Part shown: positions 1 to 8,036 of the stretch, piece after piece | How the letters are laid out: each line of letters opens with the position of its first letter | How positions within the stretch are numbered: position 1 is the first letter of the stretch | Assembly (NCBI GenBank): GCA_002716355.1 | Contig: PBAU01000006.1 | Span: 1 to 30,245 of the forward strand | Origin: a bacterium | GTDB lineage: Bacteria > UBP7 > UBA6624 | Length of the DNA stretch: 30,245 bases | Direction of reading: 5' to 3' | Made by a program: the position numbers and the translations under genes | The notes under the pieces: generated by a model | What the model saw: only the letters and a program-made list of their open reading frames with translations | What the model was told of the DNA's origin: nothing | The model's database searches: none

Positions 1-89
1 AAGCCAAGGCTGAAAAACCAAAGGAAGAAGCCAAGGCTGAAAAACCAAAGGAAGAAGCCAAGGCTGAAAAACCAAAGGAAGAAGCCAAG
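1..89 (+). repeat. Perfect 27-bp coding tandem repeat (unit gccaaggctgaaaaaccaaaggaagaa). Full copies lie at 3-29, 30-56 and 57-83, with partial copies at 1-2 and 84-89. The array may continue beyond the left edge.
   Basis: Direct reading shows the three full copies are identical at every nucleotide. The period is 27 nt, or 9 codons. Confidence 0.95.
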
Positions 90-113
90 AAAACTGGCTC
101 TAAGGAGAAATAA
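1..113 (+). CDS. 3' end of a CDS entering from the left edge. It encodes a Lys/Glu/Ala/Pro-rich repetitive tail (AKAEKPKEE x3, then AKKTGSKEK*). Its position just upstream of rpsR suggests rpsF or ssb, but the tail alone does not identify it.
   Basis: Frame 3 is open from the window edge to TAA at 111-113. The last codons contain AAGGAG (102-107), which serves as the SD for rpsR. The gene order S6/SSB-S18-L9-DnaB is common in bacteria. Confidence 0.5.
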   Translation, partial: AKAEKPKEEAKAEKPKEEAKAEKPKEEAKKTGSKEK

Positions 114-115
114 AG

Positions 116-424
116 ATGCCTAGAATTACACATCCTTTAAGAGAGTTAAAAAAGAAAAAAGAAAGAGAAAAAAAGAAATCATTAAGATCTTTTAGAAAAA
201 AAAGTTATTTCAAACTGAATGAATCCTTGGATTACAAAAATTTAGCAACTTTAAAACCATTTCTTAATCAAAAATGGTCCATCAAGCCAAGAAAGCAGAC
301 GAGATTGTCAAGAAGAGATCATGCTCTTGTTGTAAAAACTATCAAACGTGCTCGTGAAATGGCTATATTGCCCTATTATCAACATCATGATGAGTATGGA
401 TTAAATGTGGGGTACAGAAGATGA
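116..424 (+). CDS. rpsR: 30S ribosomal protein S18, with a Lys-rich N-terminal extension
   Basis: The S18 core DYKNLATLKPFLNQKWSIKPRKQTRLSRRDHALVVKTIKRAREMAILPY is present. SD AAGGAG lies 8 nt upstream. The stop overlaps the rplI start (ATGA at 421-424). Confidence 0.9.
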   Translation: MPRITHPLRELKKKKEREKKKSLRSFRKKSYFKLNESLDYKNLATLKPFLNQKWSIKPRKQTRLSRRDHALVVKTIKRAREMAILPYYQHHDEYGLNVGYRR

Positions 425-873
425 AGGTCATATTGCTTGAATCAGTTACAGGTGTAGGAGAAACTGGAGAGTTGAAAAATGTCTCTGATGGCTTTGCTCT
501 CAATTACCTATTTCCAAAAAACCTAGCAACAAGAGCAACAAGCGAAAAAGTTGCAGAATTGAAGACACTAGCTGAAAAATTGCTAAAAACACAAGAAGAA
601 AAGAAAAAAGCCATAAAGGATATTTACGCAAAGGCAAAAAAGGTTAAAACTATCAAAATAATGGCAAAATCTGGACCAAAAGGTAAACTTTTCGGATCAA
701 TCAACAAAAAAACAATTTGCAAATCTGTCTTAGAGTCAAAAAAAATAGATATTCCAAAAGATTACATATCTATGAAAGAGGAAATCAAAAATCTTGGAAA
801 ATACAAAATTGAAATCAACGTACCAGATCAAGAAAGTTTTGAAATATCGGTAGAGATCATTGAGCAAGGATAG
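421..873 (+). CDS. rplI: 50S ribosomal protein L9
   Basis: The N-terminus MKVILLESVTGVGETGELKNVSDGFALNYLFPKNLA is the canonical L9 N-domain. It sits in the conserved position between rpsR and dnaB. Confidence 0.9.
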   Translation: MKVILLESVTGVGETGELKNVSDGFALNYLFPKNLATRATSEKVAELKTLAEKLLKTQEEKKKAIKDIYAKAKKVKTIKIMAKSGPKGKLFGSINKKTICKSVLESKKIDIPKDYISMKEEIKNLGKYKIEINVPDQESFEISVEIIEQG

Positions 874-2455
874 CAAAAAATCAATCCTCTATGATGAATT
901 AGCTGAAAAATACATTCTTGCAACTTACATATCTGGAAAAAGAATTCTTGTAGAAGATGTTGGTTTAATACCGAAACCTGAATGGTTTTTTGAATACTCT
1001 CATCAAGAAGTATTCAAATCTATAGAAGCGCTTGAGTCAGAAGGCTTTGAAATTGACCTGCTTTCATTAACAAAAAAATTAAGAGAAGAAAAAAAGTTAG
1101 AAAAAATTGGTGGAGAAAGCTACCTTTTGCAAATATTGGAAGAAACACCAATACAAAGCCGTGTAGAGCATGGAATTAAAACTTTAAGAGATCTTTACCT
1201 GAGAAGACAAGTTGCAAACATAGCAAAAGAGACAGTTCAAGAAGCACATGATGAAAGCAAAAATATAGCTGATCTATTTAACAGTTTTGAAGAAAGAATT
1301 ACAAACAATGAAACAATTAAATTTCCAACCAGTATATCTCTTCTGAGAAACGATCTCGATGATTTTATTAGAAGTGTTCACAACCCTAAAGAAGAAGAAG
1401 AAATTTTATGTGACTATAGTAAATTAAATGAAATCCTGGGTGGTTTAAGGCGAAATAATTTAATAATACTCGCTTCAAGGCCTGGTGAAGGAAAAACAAC
1501 ACTTGCATTAAATATTGCTTTTCAAGTTGCATTTAAATCAATGCTTCCTGTTGCATTCTTTTCATTGGAAATGGATAAAAAACAACTTTTAACTAGGATT
1601 TTGGCTAGCGAAGGAACAAAAAGAGGGCTTGACCCACGATTCAAAATTGAATTTCCAGAAATATACGAATCAGAAGAAACAGTTCGAAAAGCCTATATGG
1701 TTCATAGCGCAGGCACTTTAACACTAGATGCAATAGAACAAGCACAAAAAAAATTCAAAAATAAACAAAAAATATTCAATAATGCTAAATCAATAGAACA
1801 AGAACAAATACGAATAGGTACTCTTCTCTCAACAAACAGATTTAGCGATAGAGAGCATCAGTTACATATTTCAGATAGTCCAAACTTAACAGTCGGTGAC
1901 ATCAAAATACAATGCAAAAGACTAGCAAGAGAAAAAGGGAAGCTTGGCCTTGTTGTTATAGATTACCTACAGCTTTTGGGAAGCGGACAGAAATATGTCA
2001 ATAGATATGATGAGATAACTTCTATTTCAAGATCTTTGAAAATACTAGCTAAAGATTTAGATTGTCCCGTAATAGCGATCTCTCAACTATCAAGAGGTAT
2101 TGACTCTAGAGAAAAAGGAACAATAACAGTTAGTGGAAAGTCTTTTGATGTTGATCCTAGGCCTAGGTTATCGGACTTAAGAGAATCAGGATCAATTGAG
2201 CAAGATGCAGATAGTGTTATTTTCATATATGACCAATACAGAAAAAGACAAATGGGAGATGACAATATGACAAAATCTGAAATCATAGAAAAAAGACATA
2301 ACTTAGAAAAAGGTTTTGCTCCCGTTTCACTCATGGTTGAAAAGAACAGACACGGCAGAACTGGAAAAATAGATATGGTATTTTTAAAAGCATCACAATT
2401 CATGCAAGAACAGGAATGGTCAAAAAAAACAGGAGAAACGCAACACAATATATGA
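860..2455 (+). CDS. dnaB: Replicative DNA helicase DnaB (531 aa, longer than the usual ~450-470 aa)
   Basis: Motifs seen: Walker A SRPGEGKTTLALNIA, FFSLEM, VVIDYLQLL, ISRSLKILAKDL..PVIAISQLSR, SDLRESGSIEQDAD and EKNRHGRTG. The TTG start at 860 overlaps the rplI 3' end, and no in-frame ATG lies nearby. Confidence 0.9.
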   Translation: MSKDSKKSILYDELAEKYILATYISGKRILVEDVGLIPKPEWFFEYSHQEVFKSIEALESEGFEIDLLSLTKKLREEKKLEKIGGESYLLQILEETPIQSRVEHGIKTLRDLYLRRQVANIAKETVQEAHDESKNIADLFNSFEERITNNETIKFPTSISLLRNDLDDFIRSVHNPKEEEEILCDYSKLNEILGGLRRNNLIILASRPGEGKTTLALNIAFQVAFKSMLPVAFFSLEMDKKQLLTRILASEGTKRGLDPRFKIEFPEIYESEETVRKAYMVHSAGTLTLDAIEQAQKKFKNKQKIFNNAKSIEQEQIRIGTLLSTNRFSDREHQLHISDSPNLTVGDIKIQCKRLAREKGKLGLVVIDYLQLLGSGQKYVNRYDEITSISRSLKILAKDLDCPVIAISQLSRGIDSREKGTITVSGKSFDVDPRPRLSDLRESGSIEQDADSVIFIYDQYRKRQMGDDNMTKSEIIEKRHNLEKGFAPVSLMVEKNRHGRTGKIDMVFLKASQFMQEQEWSKKTGETQHNI

Positions 2456-3696
2456 AAATAGGTGTTATAGGAAGTGGAGGTAGAGAACATACCTTAGCTT
2501 GGGCTTTTGAACTATTTGGTCACGAAGTTTTAGTATCACCCGGAAATGGTGGAACATCCCATTTAAACCAATTTGATTTAAATGTGGGGCATAACTCTTT
2601 TGACTTAGTGGTTATAGGCCCTGAACAACCATTAGCTGATGGGCTTGCAGACACAATAAGATCTAAAGGCATTCCTGTATTTGGGCCAAACAAAAATGGA
2701 GCCTTACTTGAAGGTAGTAAATCTTTTGCAAGAGATTTCTGCAAAAAACATAAAGTTGCATCGCCGGAAAACATAACCTTTTCTAGGTTAGATGAAGCTT
2801 TGAAACATATTGAAAAAACAAATGGTCCTTGGTTCATAAAAGCTGACGGTCTAGCAGGCGGAAAAGGTGCTTTTCCGGCAGAAAACAAAAAAACTGCAAA
2901 AGAAATACTATTAAACCTCATGGAGAAAAAAGCGCTTGGGAAGGCAGGCAATATTGTAGTTATTGAAGAATGGATGATTGGTCCAGAATTATCTGTTCAT
3001 GTTTTAGTTAATGGAAACTCAAGTCCAAAAATTCTTCATTTTTCAAGAGATCACAAAAGACGTTTTGACCATGACAAAGGTCCGAACACAGGCGGAATGG
3101 GCGCTTACTCTCCGGTTGAAGACATGAATAATCCAAAAAGTGAATCCCTTTTAAAACTCATCGATCCACTTGTCAAAAATTCCATTAATGGCCTTGAAAA
3201 AGACAATATAGATTATCGTGGTGTTCTTTATCTAGGAATGATGTTGACAAAAAACGGGCCAAAACTTTTGGAATACAACGTTAGATTTGGAGATCCCGAA
3301 ACACAGGTTTTAATACCCCTTATGAATGGGGACCCTGCTGAACATTTTTTAAAAATTGCAAAAAATGAAAAAATCAAACAAAATGTTAAAAGTATCGACA
3401 AAGCTGCATTGACTGTTGTTTTAGCAGATAATGGATATCCAGAAAAAACAACTAAAAATATCGAGCTTATCGATCCAGGAATGCCTAAAAATCCCGAACC
3501 GGGCAATGCTTTGGTTTTTCACGCAGGAACAAAAAAACAAAAGGGCAAACTGTTTTCAAATGGTGGCAGAATATTCAATGTAACTGGCATAGGCAAAAAT
3601 TTAAACCAAGCTAAAAGCATTGCTTATGCGGAAATAAACAGGATAAAAGTTGAGGGAACCTCTTTCAGAAACGATATCGCAGTAAACATAAAATGA
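2452..3696 (+). CDS. purD: Phosphoribosylamine-glycine ligase (GAR synthetase)
   Basis: MKIGVIGSGGREHTLAWAF matches the canonical PurD N-terminus, and an ATP-grasp body follows (EYNVRFGDPETQ). I prefer ATG 2452 (ATGA overlap with the dnaB stop) over the ORF-track start at 2416. Confidence 0.9.
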   Translation: MKIGVIGSGGREHTLAWAFELFGHEVLVSPGNGGTSHLNQFDLNVGHNSFDLVVIGPEQPLADGLADTIRSKGIPVFGPNKNGALLEGSKSFARDFCKKHKVASPENITFSRLDEALKHIEKTNGPWFIKADGLAGGKGAFPAENKKTAKEILLNLMEKKALGKAGNIVVIEEWMIGPELSVHVLVNGNSSPKILHFSRDHKRRFDHDKGPNTGGMGAYSPVEDMNNPKSESLLKLIDPLVKNSINGLEKDNIDYRGVLYLGMMLTKNGPKLLEYNVRFGDPETQVLIPLMNGDPAEHFLKIAKNEKIKQNVKSIDKAALTVVLADNGYPEKTTKNIELIDPGMPKNPEPGNALVFHAGTKKQKGKLFSNGGRIFNVTGIGKNLNQAKSIAYAEINRIKVEGTSFRNDIAVNIK

Positions 3697-4673
3697 TATA
3701 CATAATTCTGGGCAACCATTGGTTGATTAATAAAAAAAAACAAAAGCTTAGAGCATCAAATAATATTAAAAATACTGATTTAAAAAATTTTAAAGCTGAA
3801 GATATAATTCAAGATTCATTTTCATCATTAACAACATTGTTGAATCAATCATCAATGTTTGGTCCAGGAGCCTGGGTTGAAACAACAAATTTAACAAAAA
3901 TAATTAACGCTTTAGAAAAAAAAAATAACACTAATCTGAGAAACAAATTTAACATCCTTGTAAAAAACAAACCTGAAGGATTCTGGATCATCTCAGAAGA
4001 AAAAGAAAACTATGAAAATAATTCAAACACACGTAAGAAAATAACAAATTTTTTAGAATCAATTCAAGATGAAAATATAAAAATATTCATTGAAGAAATT
4101 CCTAAAAATTTTAAAAATCAACCAGATATGGAGCAATATGCCAAAAATATTTTATCCTCAACAGGATACAAATTCTCAACAAGTATTGCAAGAAAAATAA
4201 TTAACCAATCAGGAAATGAAATATCATCAATAGACCAAAGTATCCAAACTCTAAAAATGCTTGCCTATGAAACAAAACACATAAAAGATGAAATGGTCAA
4301 ATTTCTTCCCAAGAATAACCGATCAACAGTTTTTAAAATTATAGATTTAATAATAGATAAAAAAATCCTAGAATCAAAAAATTTAATTATGGACTTAAAA
4401 AAGTCAGGTGAAGAACCTTTTGCTATTTTGAATTGGATGACCCAGGAATGGAAAAGATTAGCAATGGCAAAAAATGGAAACAATGATTTTCTGAAGAAAG
4501 ATCTTGGCCCGACAATGGCTTGGAAATCAAAAATGCTAGTTGCAAGAGCTGAAAAGATATCCGAAAAAAAAATAATACATGGATTTCAAATTTTAACAAA
4601 AGCTGACCTTGATTTAAAGACTTCAGATGTTAATCCCTGGATGATAATTGATTCTTTAATCTACAATTTGTAA
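3693..4673 (+). CDS. holA: DNA polymerase III delta subunit (HolA-like), divergent
   Basis: The size is right (326 aa). The N-terminus has the IYIILGN...L...SSMFG pattern typical of HolA, and the C-terminus is helical. ATGA overlaps the purD stop. This call rests on weak motifs only. Confidence 0.55.
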   Translation: MIYIILGNHWLINKKKQKLRASNNIKNTDLKNFKAEDIIQDSFSSLTTLLNQSSMFGPGAWVETTNLTKIINALEKKNNTNLRNKFNILVKNKPEGFWIISEEKENYENNSNTRKKITNFLESIQDENIKIFIEEIPKNFKNQPDMEQYAKNILSSTGYKFSTSIARKIINQSGNEISSIDQSIQTLKMLAYETKHIKDEMVKFLPKNNRSTVFKIIDLIIDKKILESKNLIMDLKKSGEEPFAILNWMTQEWKRLAMAKNGNNDFLKKDLGPTMAWKSKMLVARAEKISEKKIIHGFQILTKADLDLKTSDVNPWMIIDSLIYNL

Positions 4674-4674
4674 C

Positions 4675-5961
4675 ATGATGCCGACAATCAAAAATCTAAA
4701 AGTAATGAAAGATGGGGAAAATGTATCTTTGATTTTATGGGTTCAAACTATAAGAAATATGGGGAAAATATCTTTTATATCCGCTAGAGACGGAACAGGT
4801 GAAGTGCAAGTTGTTGTAAAAAAATCAACAAAAGGTTTTGAATTTGTAGATGATCTGTCAATTGAATCTGCAATAATGGTTAAAGCCTTAATCAAAAAAG
4901 ATGAAAGGTCAAAAAATGGAATTGAACTTCAAGCTCAAGAGTTAACTGTTTTAAACAAAAGCTCAAATGAATACCCAATACAACCAAAAGAACATTCTGC
5001 AGCATTCCTATTAGAGAATAGACATCTTTGGATAAGAACCCCTAAGCAAGCTGCTGTACTTAGGATAAGATCAACGATTGAGGTTGAAGCTCAAAATTGG
5101 TTAGACTCTCAAGGATATTATCGTGTTGACTCTCCAATACTAACTCCGAATGCATGCGAAGGAACAACGACTCTTTTTAATCTTGAATATTTTGAACAAG
5201 AAGCCTATCTCTCTCAAAGCGGACAACTTTACAATGAGGCACATGCATTGGCATTAGGTAAAGTTTATTGCTTTGGTCCCACTTTCAGAGCAGAAAAAAG
5301 CAAAACTAGAAAACACTTAACAGAATTTTGGATGCTTGAACCAGAAGCAGTTGGATTAGATTTAAATGGATTGCTGGAAATTCAGGAAAATCTATTTGTA
5401 TCCTTAGTTAAAAAAGTTCTAGAAAAAAACTCAGACGATCTAGATACCCTCAAAAGAGATACCTCTAAACTAAAAAAAATAAAAGCGCCTTTCCCAAGGA
5501 TCCACTATGTTGAAGCTTTGAAAATTCTTGAAAAACTAAATTTCAAAGTAAAGTTTGGCTCAGACTTTGGATCAGAGCATGAAGAAGCCTTGGCTGAACA
5601 TGTGAACCACCCATTCTTTATAACAAATTTTCCTTCAGCATGTAAAGCTTTTTATATGGCTATAGATCCAGAAGATGAAAGATTAACTCTCTCAGTGGAT
5701 CTTTTAGCTCCAGAGGGTGGAGGGGAAATCACAGGAGGTGCTGTAAGAATAGCTGACCCAGTCTTACTCTTGGAAAAAATAAAAGAAGAAGGATTGGATC
5801 CAAAAGTTTTTTCCTGGTATCATGATTTAAGAAAATATGGAGGAGTTCAAACAGCAGGGTTCGGAATGGGTTTGGAAAGAATGGTTAGATGGGTTACCGG
5901 TATTCACCATGTAAGAGCAACAATACCTTTCCCAAGAACAATAGACAGAATCTCCCCATAA
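4675..5961 (+). CDS. asnS: Asparaginyl-tRNA synthetase (class IIb)
   Basis: Motifs seen: FGPTFRAEKSKTRKHLTEFWMLEPE (AsnRS-type motif 2) and GFGMGLERMVRWVTGIHHVRATIPFPR (motif 3). There is an N-terminal OB anticodon-binding domain, and the 428-aa length fits. Confidence 0.85.
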   Translation: MMPTIKNLKVMKDGENVSLILWVQTIRNMGKISFISARDGTGEVQVVVKKSTKGFEFVDDLSIESAIMVKALIKKDERSKNGIELQAQELTVLNKSSNEYPIQPKEHSAAFLLENRHLWIRTPKQAAVLRIRSTIEVEAQNWLDSQGYYRVDSPILTPNACEGTTTLFNLEYFEQEAYLSQSGQLYNEAHALALGKVYCFGPTFRAEKSKTRKHLTEFWMLEPEAVGLDLNGLLEIQENLFVSLVKKVLEKNSDDLDTLKRDTSKLKKIKAPFPRIHYVEALKILEKLNFKVKFGSDFGSEHEEALAEHVNHPFFITNFPSACKAFYMAIDPEDERLTLSVDLLAPEGGGEITGGAVRIADPVLLLEKIKEEGLDPKVFSWYHDLRKYGGVQTAGFGMGLERMVRWVTGIHHVRATIPFPRTIDRISP

Positions 5962-5964
5962 AAA

Positions 5965-6882
5965 ATGAAACTTGTCAATAAAAAATCAAAAGAAGAACTT
6001 CAGCATGCTCTTTCAAAAGAAAAATTTGCGAGAAAAACATGCTCTTTTTATGTTTACAAAACAATAAAGAAACGTTCAGATTTAAGAGATGAAATTTTTA
6101 GCACATTAAAAAAATTAAACATATTGGGTAGAGTTTATGTTTCAGAAGAAGGGATCAATGCTCAGGTCAGTATACCTGAAAACAATCTAAAAAAATTCGA
6201 AAAAAAAATCAAAAAAAACATCTTTTTCAAAAATGTTAATTTTAATTATGCTGTAGAAGAAGGAGTTTCCTTCTTTAAACTAACCGTAAAGGTGAAACAA
6301 CAAATTGTGGCTTATGGTGTGAAAAAGAACGAATATGACATGAATAAGGTTGGACAACATCTCGAACCAGAAGATTTCCACAAAAAAATTGATGGAGACA
6401 AAACAATAGTAGTGGATGTCAGAAACTATTACGAAAGTGAAATTGGAAAGTTTAAAAATGCATTTTGTCCTGACGTACGAAGATCAAATGAAATACTTCC
6501 TGCCATTAAAGAAAAGTTAAAAGGTAAAGAAGATTACAAAATATTAATGTATTGCACAGGCGGAATAAGATGTGAAAAAGCGAGCTCTTACCTAATTAAA
6601 AATAATTTTAAAAATGTATACCAGCTAAAAAGTGGAATAATTAATTATGCTCATTATGTTAAAAACAACAAAAAAACATCTAAATTTATTGGTAAAAACT
6701 ATGTATTTGATCATCGACTAGGAGAAAGGGTTACTAAAGATGTTTTAAGTAAATGTCACCAATGTGAAGAATCATCAGATGAGCATGCAAATTGTGCAAA
6801 TGACCTATGTCATATGTTATTTATCCAATGTAAAAATTGTCAAAAAAAATATGAAAACTGCTGTTCTAAAGAATGTTTATAG
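5965..6882 (+). CDS. trhO: tRNA uridine(34) hydroxylase TrhO (rhodanese-domain protein, YceA/UPF0176 family). As annotated it ends at TAG straight after the Cys cluster.
   Basis: Motifs seen: GRVYVSEEGINAQVS, MYCTGGIRCEKASSYL (rhodanese active-site loop), FIGKNYVFDHRLGERV and the C-terminal Cys cluster CHQC...CANDLCHMLFIQCKNCQKKYENCCSKEC. Confidence 0.85.
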   Translation: MKLVNKKSKEELQHALSKEKFARKTCSFYVYKTIKKRSDLRDEIFSTLKKLNILGRVYVSEEGINAQVSIPENNLKKFEKKIKKNIFFKNVNFNYAVEEGVSFFKLTVKVKQQIVAYGVKKNEYDMNKVGQHLEPEDFHKKIDGDKTIVVDVRNYYESEIGKFKNAFCPDVRRSNEILPAIKEKLKGKEDYKILMYCTGGIRCEKASSYLIKNNFKNVYQLKSGIINYAHYVKNNKKTSKFIGKNYVFDHRLGERVTKDVLSKCHQCEESSDEHANCANDLCHMLFIQCKNCQKKYENCCSKECL

Positions 6883-6998
6883 TATCTAAAACTAAATGAA
6901 GAAATGAAAGAAAAAAAGAAAACATCCTTTGTAAGGTATATAAAAAAAAGAAATAAAGGTTTAGTGAAACCAAAACTGAAAGAAATCAAAAAAACACT

Positions 6999-8033
6999 TT
7001 AAGTTATTGTTTTTAAATTCTGAAAAACATCAATAGCTTTTTGCAACCCTGCATTATTGATACCCAAATGCATAACTGCCCTAAGATGCTTATCTGAAGA
7101 AGCTGCTATCAAAACATTATTCTTCTTTAAAAATTCAATAACGACTTCCATTTTTAAATTTAGAAAAGATACATCAATATAAACCATATTTGTCTCTACT
7201 GAGTCTAAACATATGCCATATCCAAAATCAATTAAAGACTTAGCAAGTTTTCTTGCCCTTATATGATCATCCTCCAGCCTTTCTATATTTTTTTCAAGAG
7301 CAAAAATTCCAGCAGCTGCTAAAAAGCCAGTCTGCCTCATTCCACCTCCAAGCATTTTTCTGAACCTATGAGCCTTTTTTATAAAAGAATAACTACCACA
7401 CAACAAACTACCTACAGGACAACCCAAACCTTTAGACAGACAAAAAGACACAGAATCAAAATCCCTTACTATTCTTTTGATGTCAATCCCTGAAGAAATC
7501 GCAGCATTAAAAACACGTGCTCCATCTAAATGAGTTTTTAAATTTTTTCCTACTGCAAGATTGGTAATTGAATCTAAAACATCCAAAGGGTAAACTGTTC
7601 CGCCTCCAGCATTTGCTGTATTTTCAACACATATAAGCTTTGTTTTTGGATAATGCGATAAACCACCAGGTGGCCTTATTGCATTTTTAACCTCTACAGG
7701 ATCCATGATTCCTCTATCACCCTGAACCAACTTTACAGAAACTCCAGCTAAGGAAGCATAGCCGCCACCTTCATACATATAAATATGAGATCCTGATTCT
7801 AAAATAACCTCATCTCCTGCTTGAGTGTGTGTCTGCAGTGCAATCTGGTTAGCCATAGTTCCAGAAGGAACAAACAGAGCAGCATCTTTTCCGAGTATCC
7901 CTGCTGCTTGATCTTGCAATTTCAAAGTTAAATTATCATCACCAAAAACATCATCACCAACTTTTGCACTTGAAATACACTCAAGCATTTCCTTAGTTGG
8001 CTTAGAAACGGTGTCTGATCTTAAATCAATCAA
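6999..8033 (-). CDS. ltaE: Low-specificity L-threonine aldolase (PLP-dependent)
   Basis: The N-terminus (M)IDLRSDTVSKPTKEML is almost identical to the canonical LtaE start. GDDVFGDD and the PLP-fold body are present. The start is TTG at 8033-8031. Confidence 0.85.
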   Translation of the reverse strand: MIDLRSDTVSKPTKEMLECISSAKVGDDVFGDDNLTLKLQDQAAGILGKDAALFVPSGTMANQIALQTHTQAGDEVILESGSHIYMYEGGGYASLAGVSVKLVQGDRGIMDPVEVKNAIRPPGGLSHYPKTKLICVENTANAGGGTVYPLDVLDSITNLAVGKNLKTHLDGARVFNAAISSGIDIKRIVRDFDSVSFCLSKGLGCPVGSLLCGSYSFIKKAHRFRKMLGGGMRQTGFLAAAGIFALEKNIERLEDDHIRARKLAKSLIDFGYGICLDSVETNMVYIDVSFLNLKMEVVIEFLKKNNVLIAASSDKHLRAVMHLGINNAGLQKAIDVFQNLKTIT

Positions 8034-8036
8034 AAA

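Noticed and set aside
1610-1867. An intein or mini-intein in DnaB.
   Set aside because: The extra sequence is only about 50 aa and lacks intein block motifs (no Cys/Ser at an N-extein junction and no HN-C/S/T at a C junction). It is charged and low-complexity, so it is a loop insertion.
2416-2451. The longer purD start from the ORF track (MVKKNRRNATQY...).
   Set aside because: The extension lies entirely inside the dnaB 3' end and has no counterpart in PurD. MKIGVIGSGGREH at 2452 matches the family N-terminus and forms an ATGA junction.
2083-3506. Minus-strand ORFs lie opposite dnaB and purD (2083-2490, 2520-2951, 3228-3506). Similar antisense ORFs lie inside holA, serS, trpS, the CCA enzyme, trmL, the GlmU domain, the OMP, kdtA and the ligase gene.
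   Set aside because: They are fully embedded antisense to confidently identified conserved genes. Their products are hydrophobic or Phe/Ser/Lys-rich, as expected from reverse-complemented AT-rich coding sequence.
6958-6971. A hairpin ggttt-agtg-aaacc is followed on the minus strand by a T-rich run. It could be an intrinsic terminator for ltaE, which would argue that the trhO-ltaE spacer is genuinely non-coding.
   Set aside because: The stem is only 5 bp with two G:C pairs, too weak to call in AT-rich DNA. I keep it as a caveat to the trhO extension finding, not as a feature.
6904-7002. An independent 32-aa Lys-rich small ORF (MKEKKKTSFVRYIKKRNKGLVKPKLKEIKKTL).
   Set aside because: It has no SD upstream. 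It is in frame with trhO and better explained as part of the trhO C-terminal tail, whether a remnant or a readthrough product.
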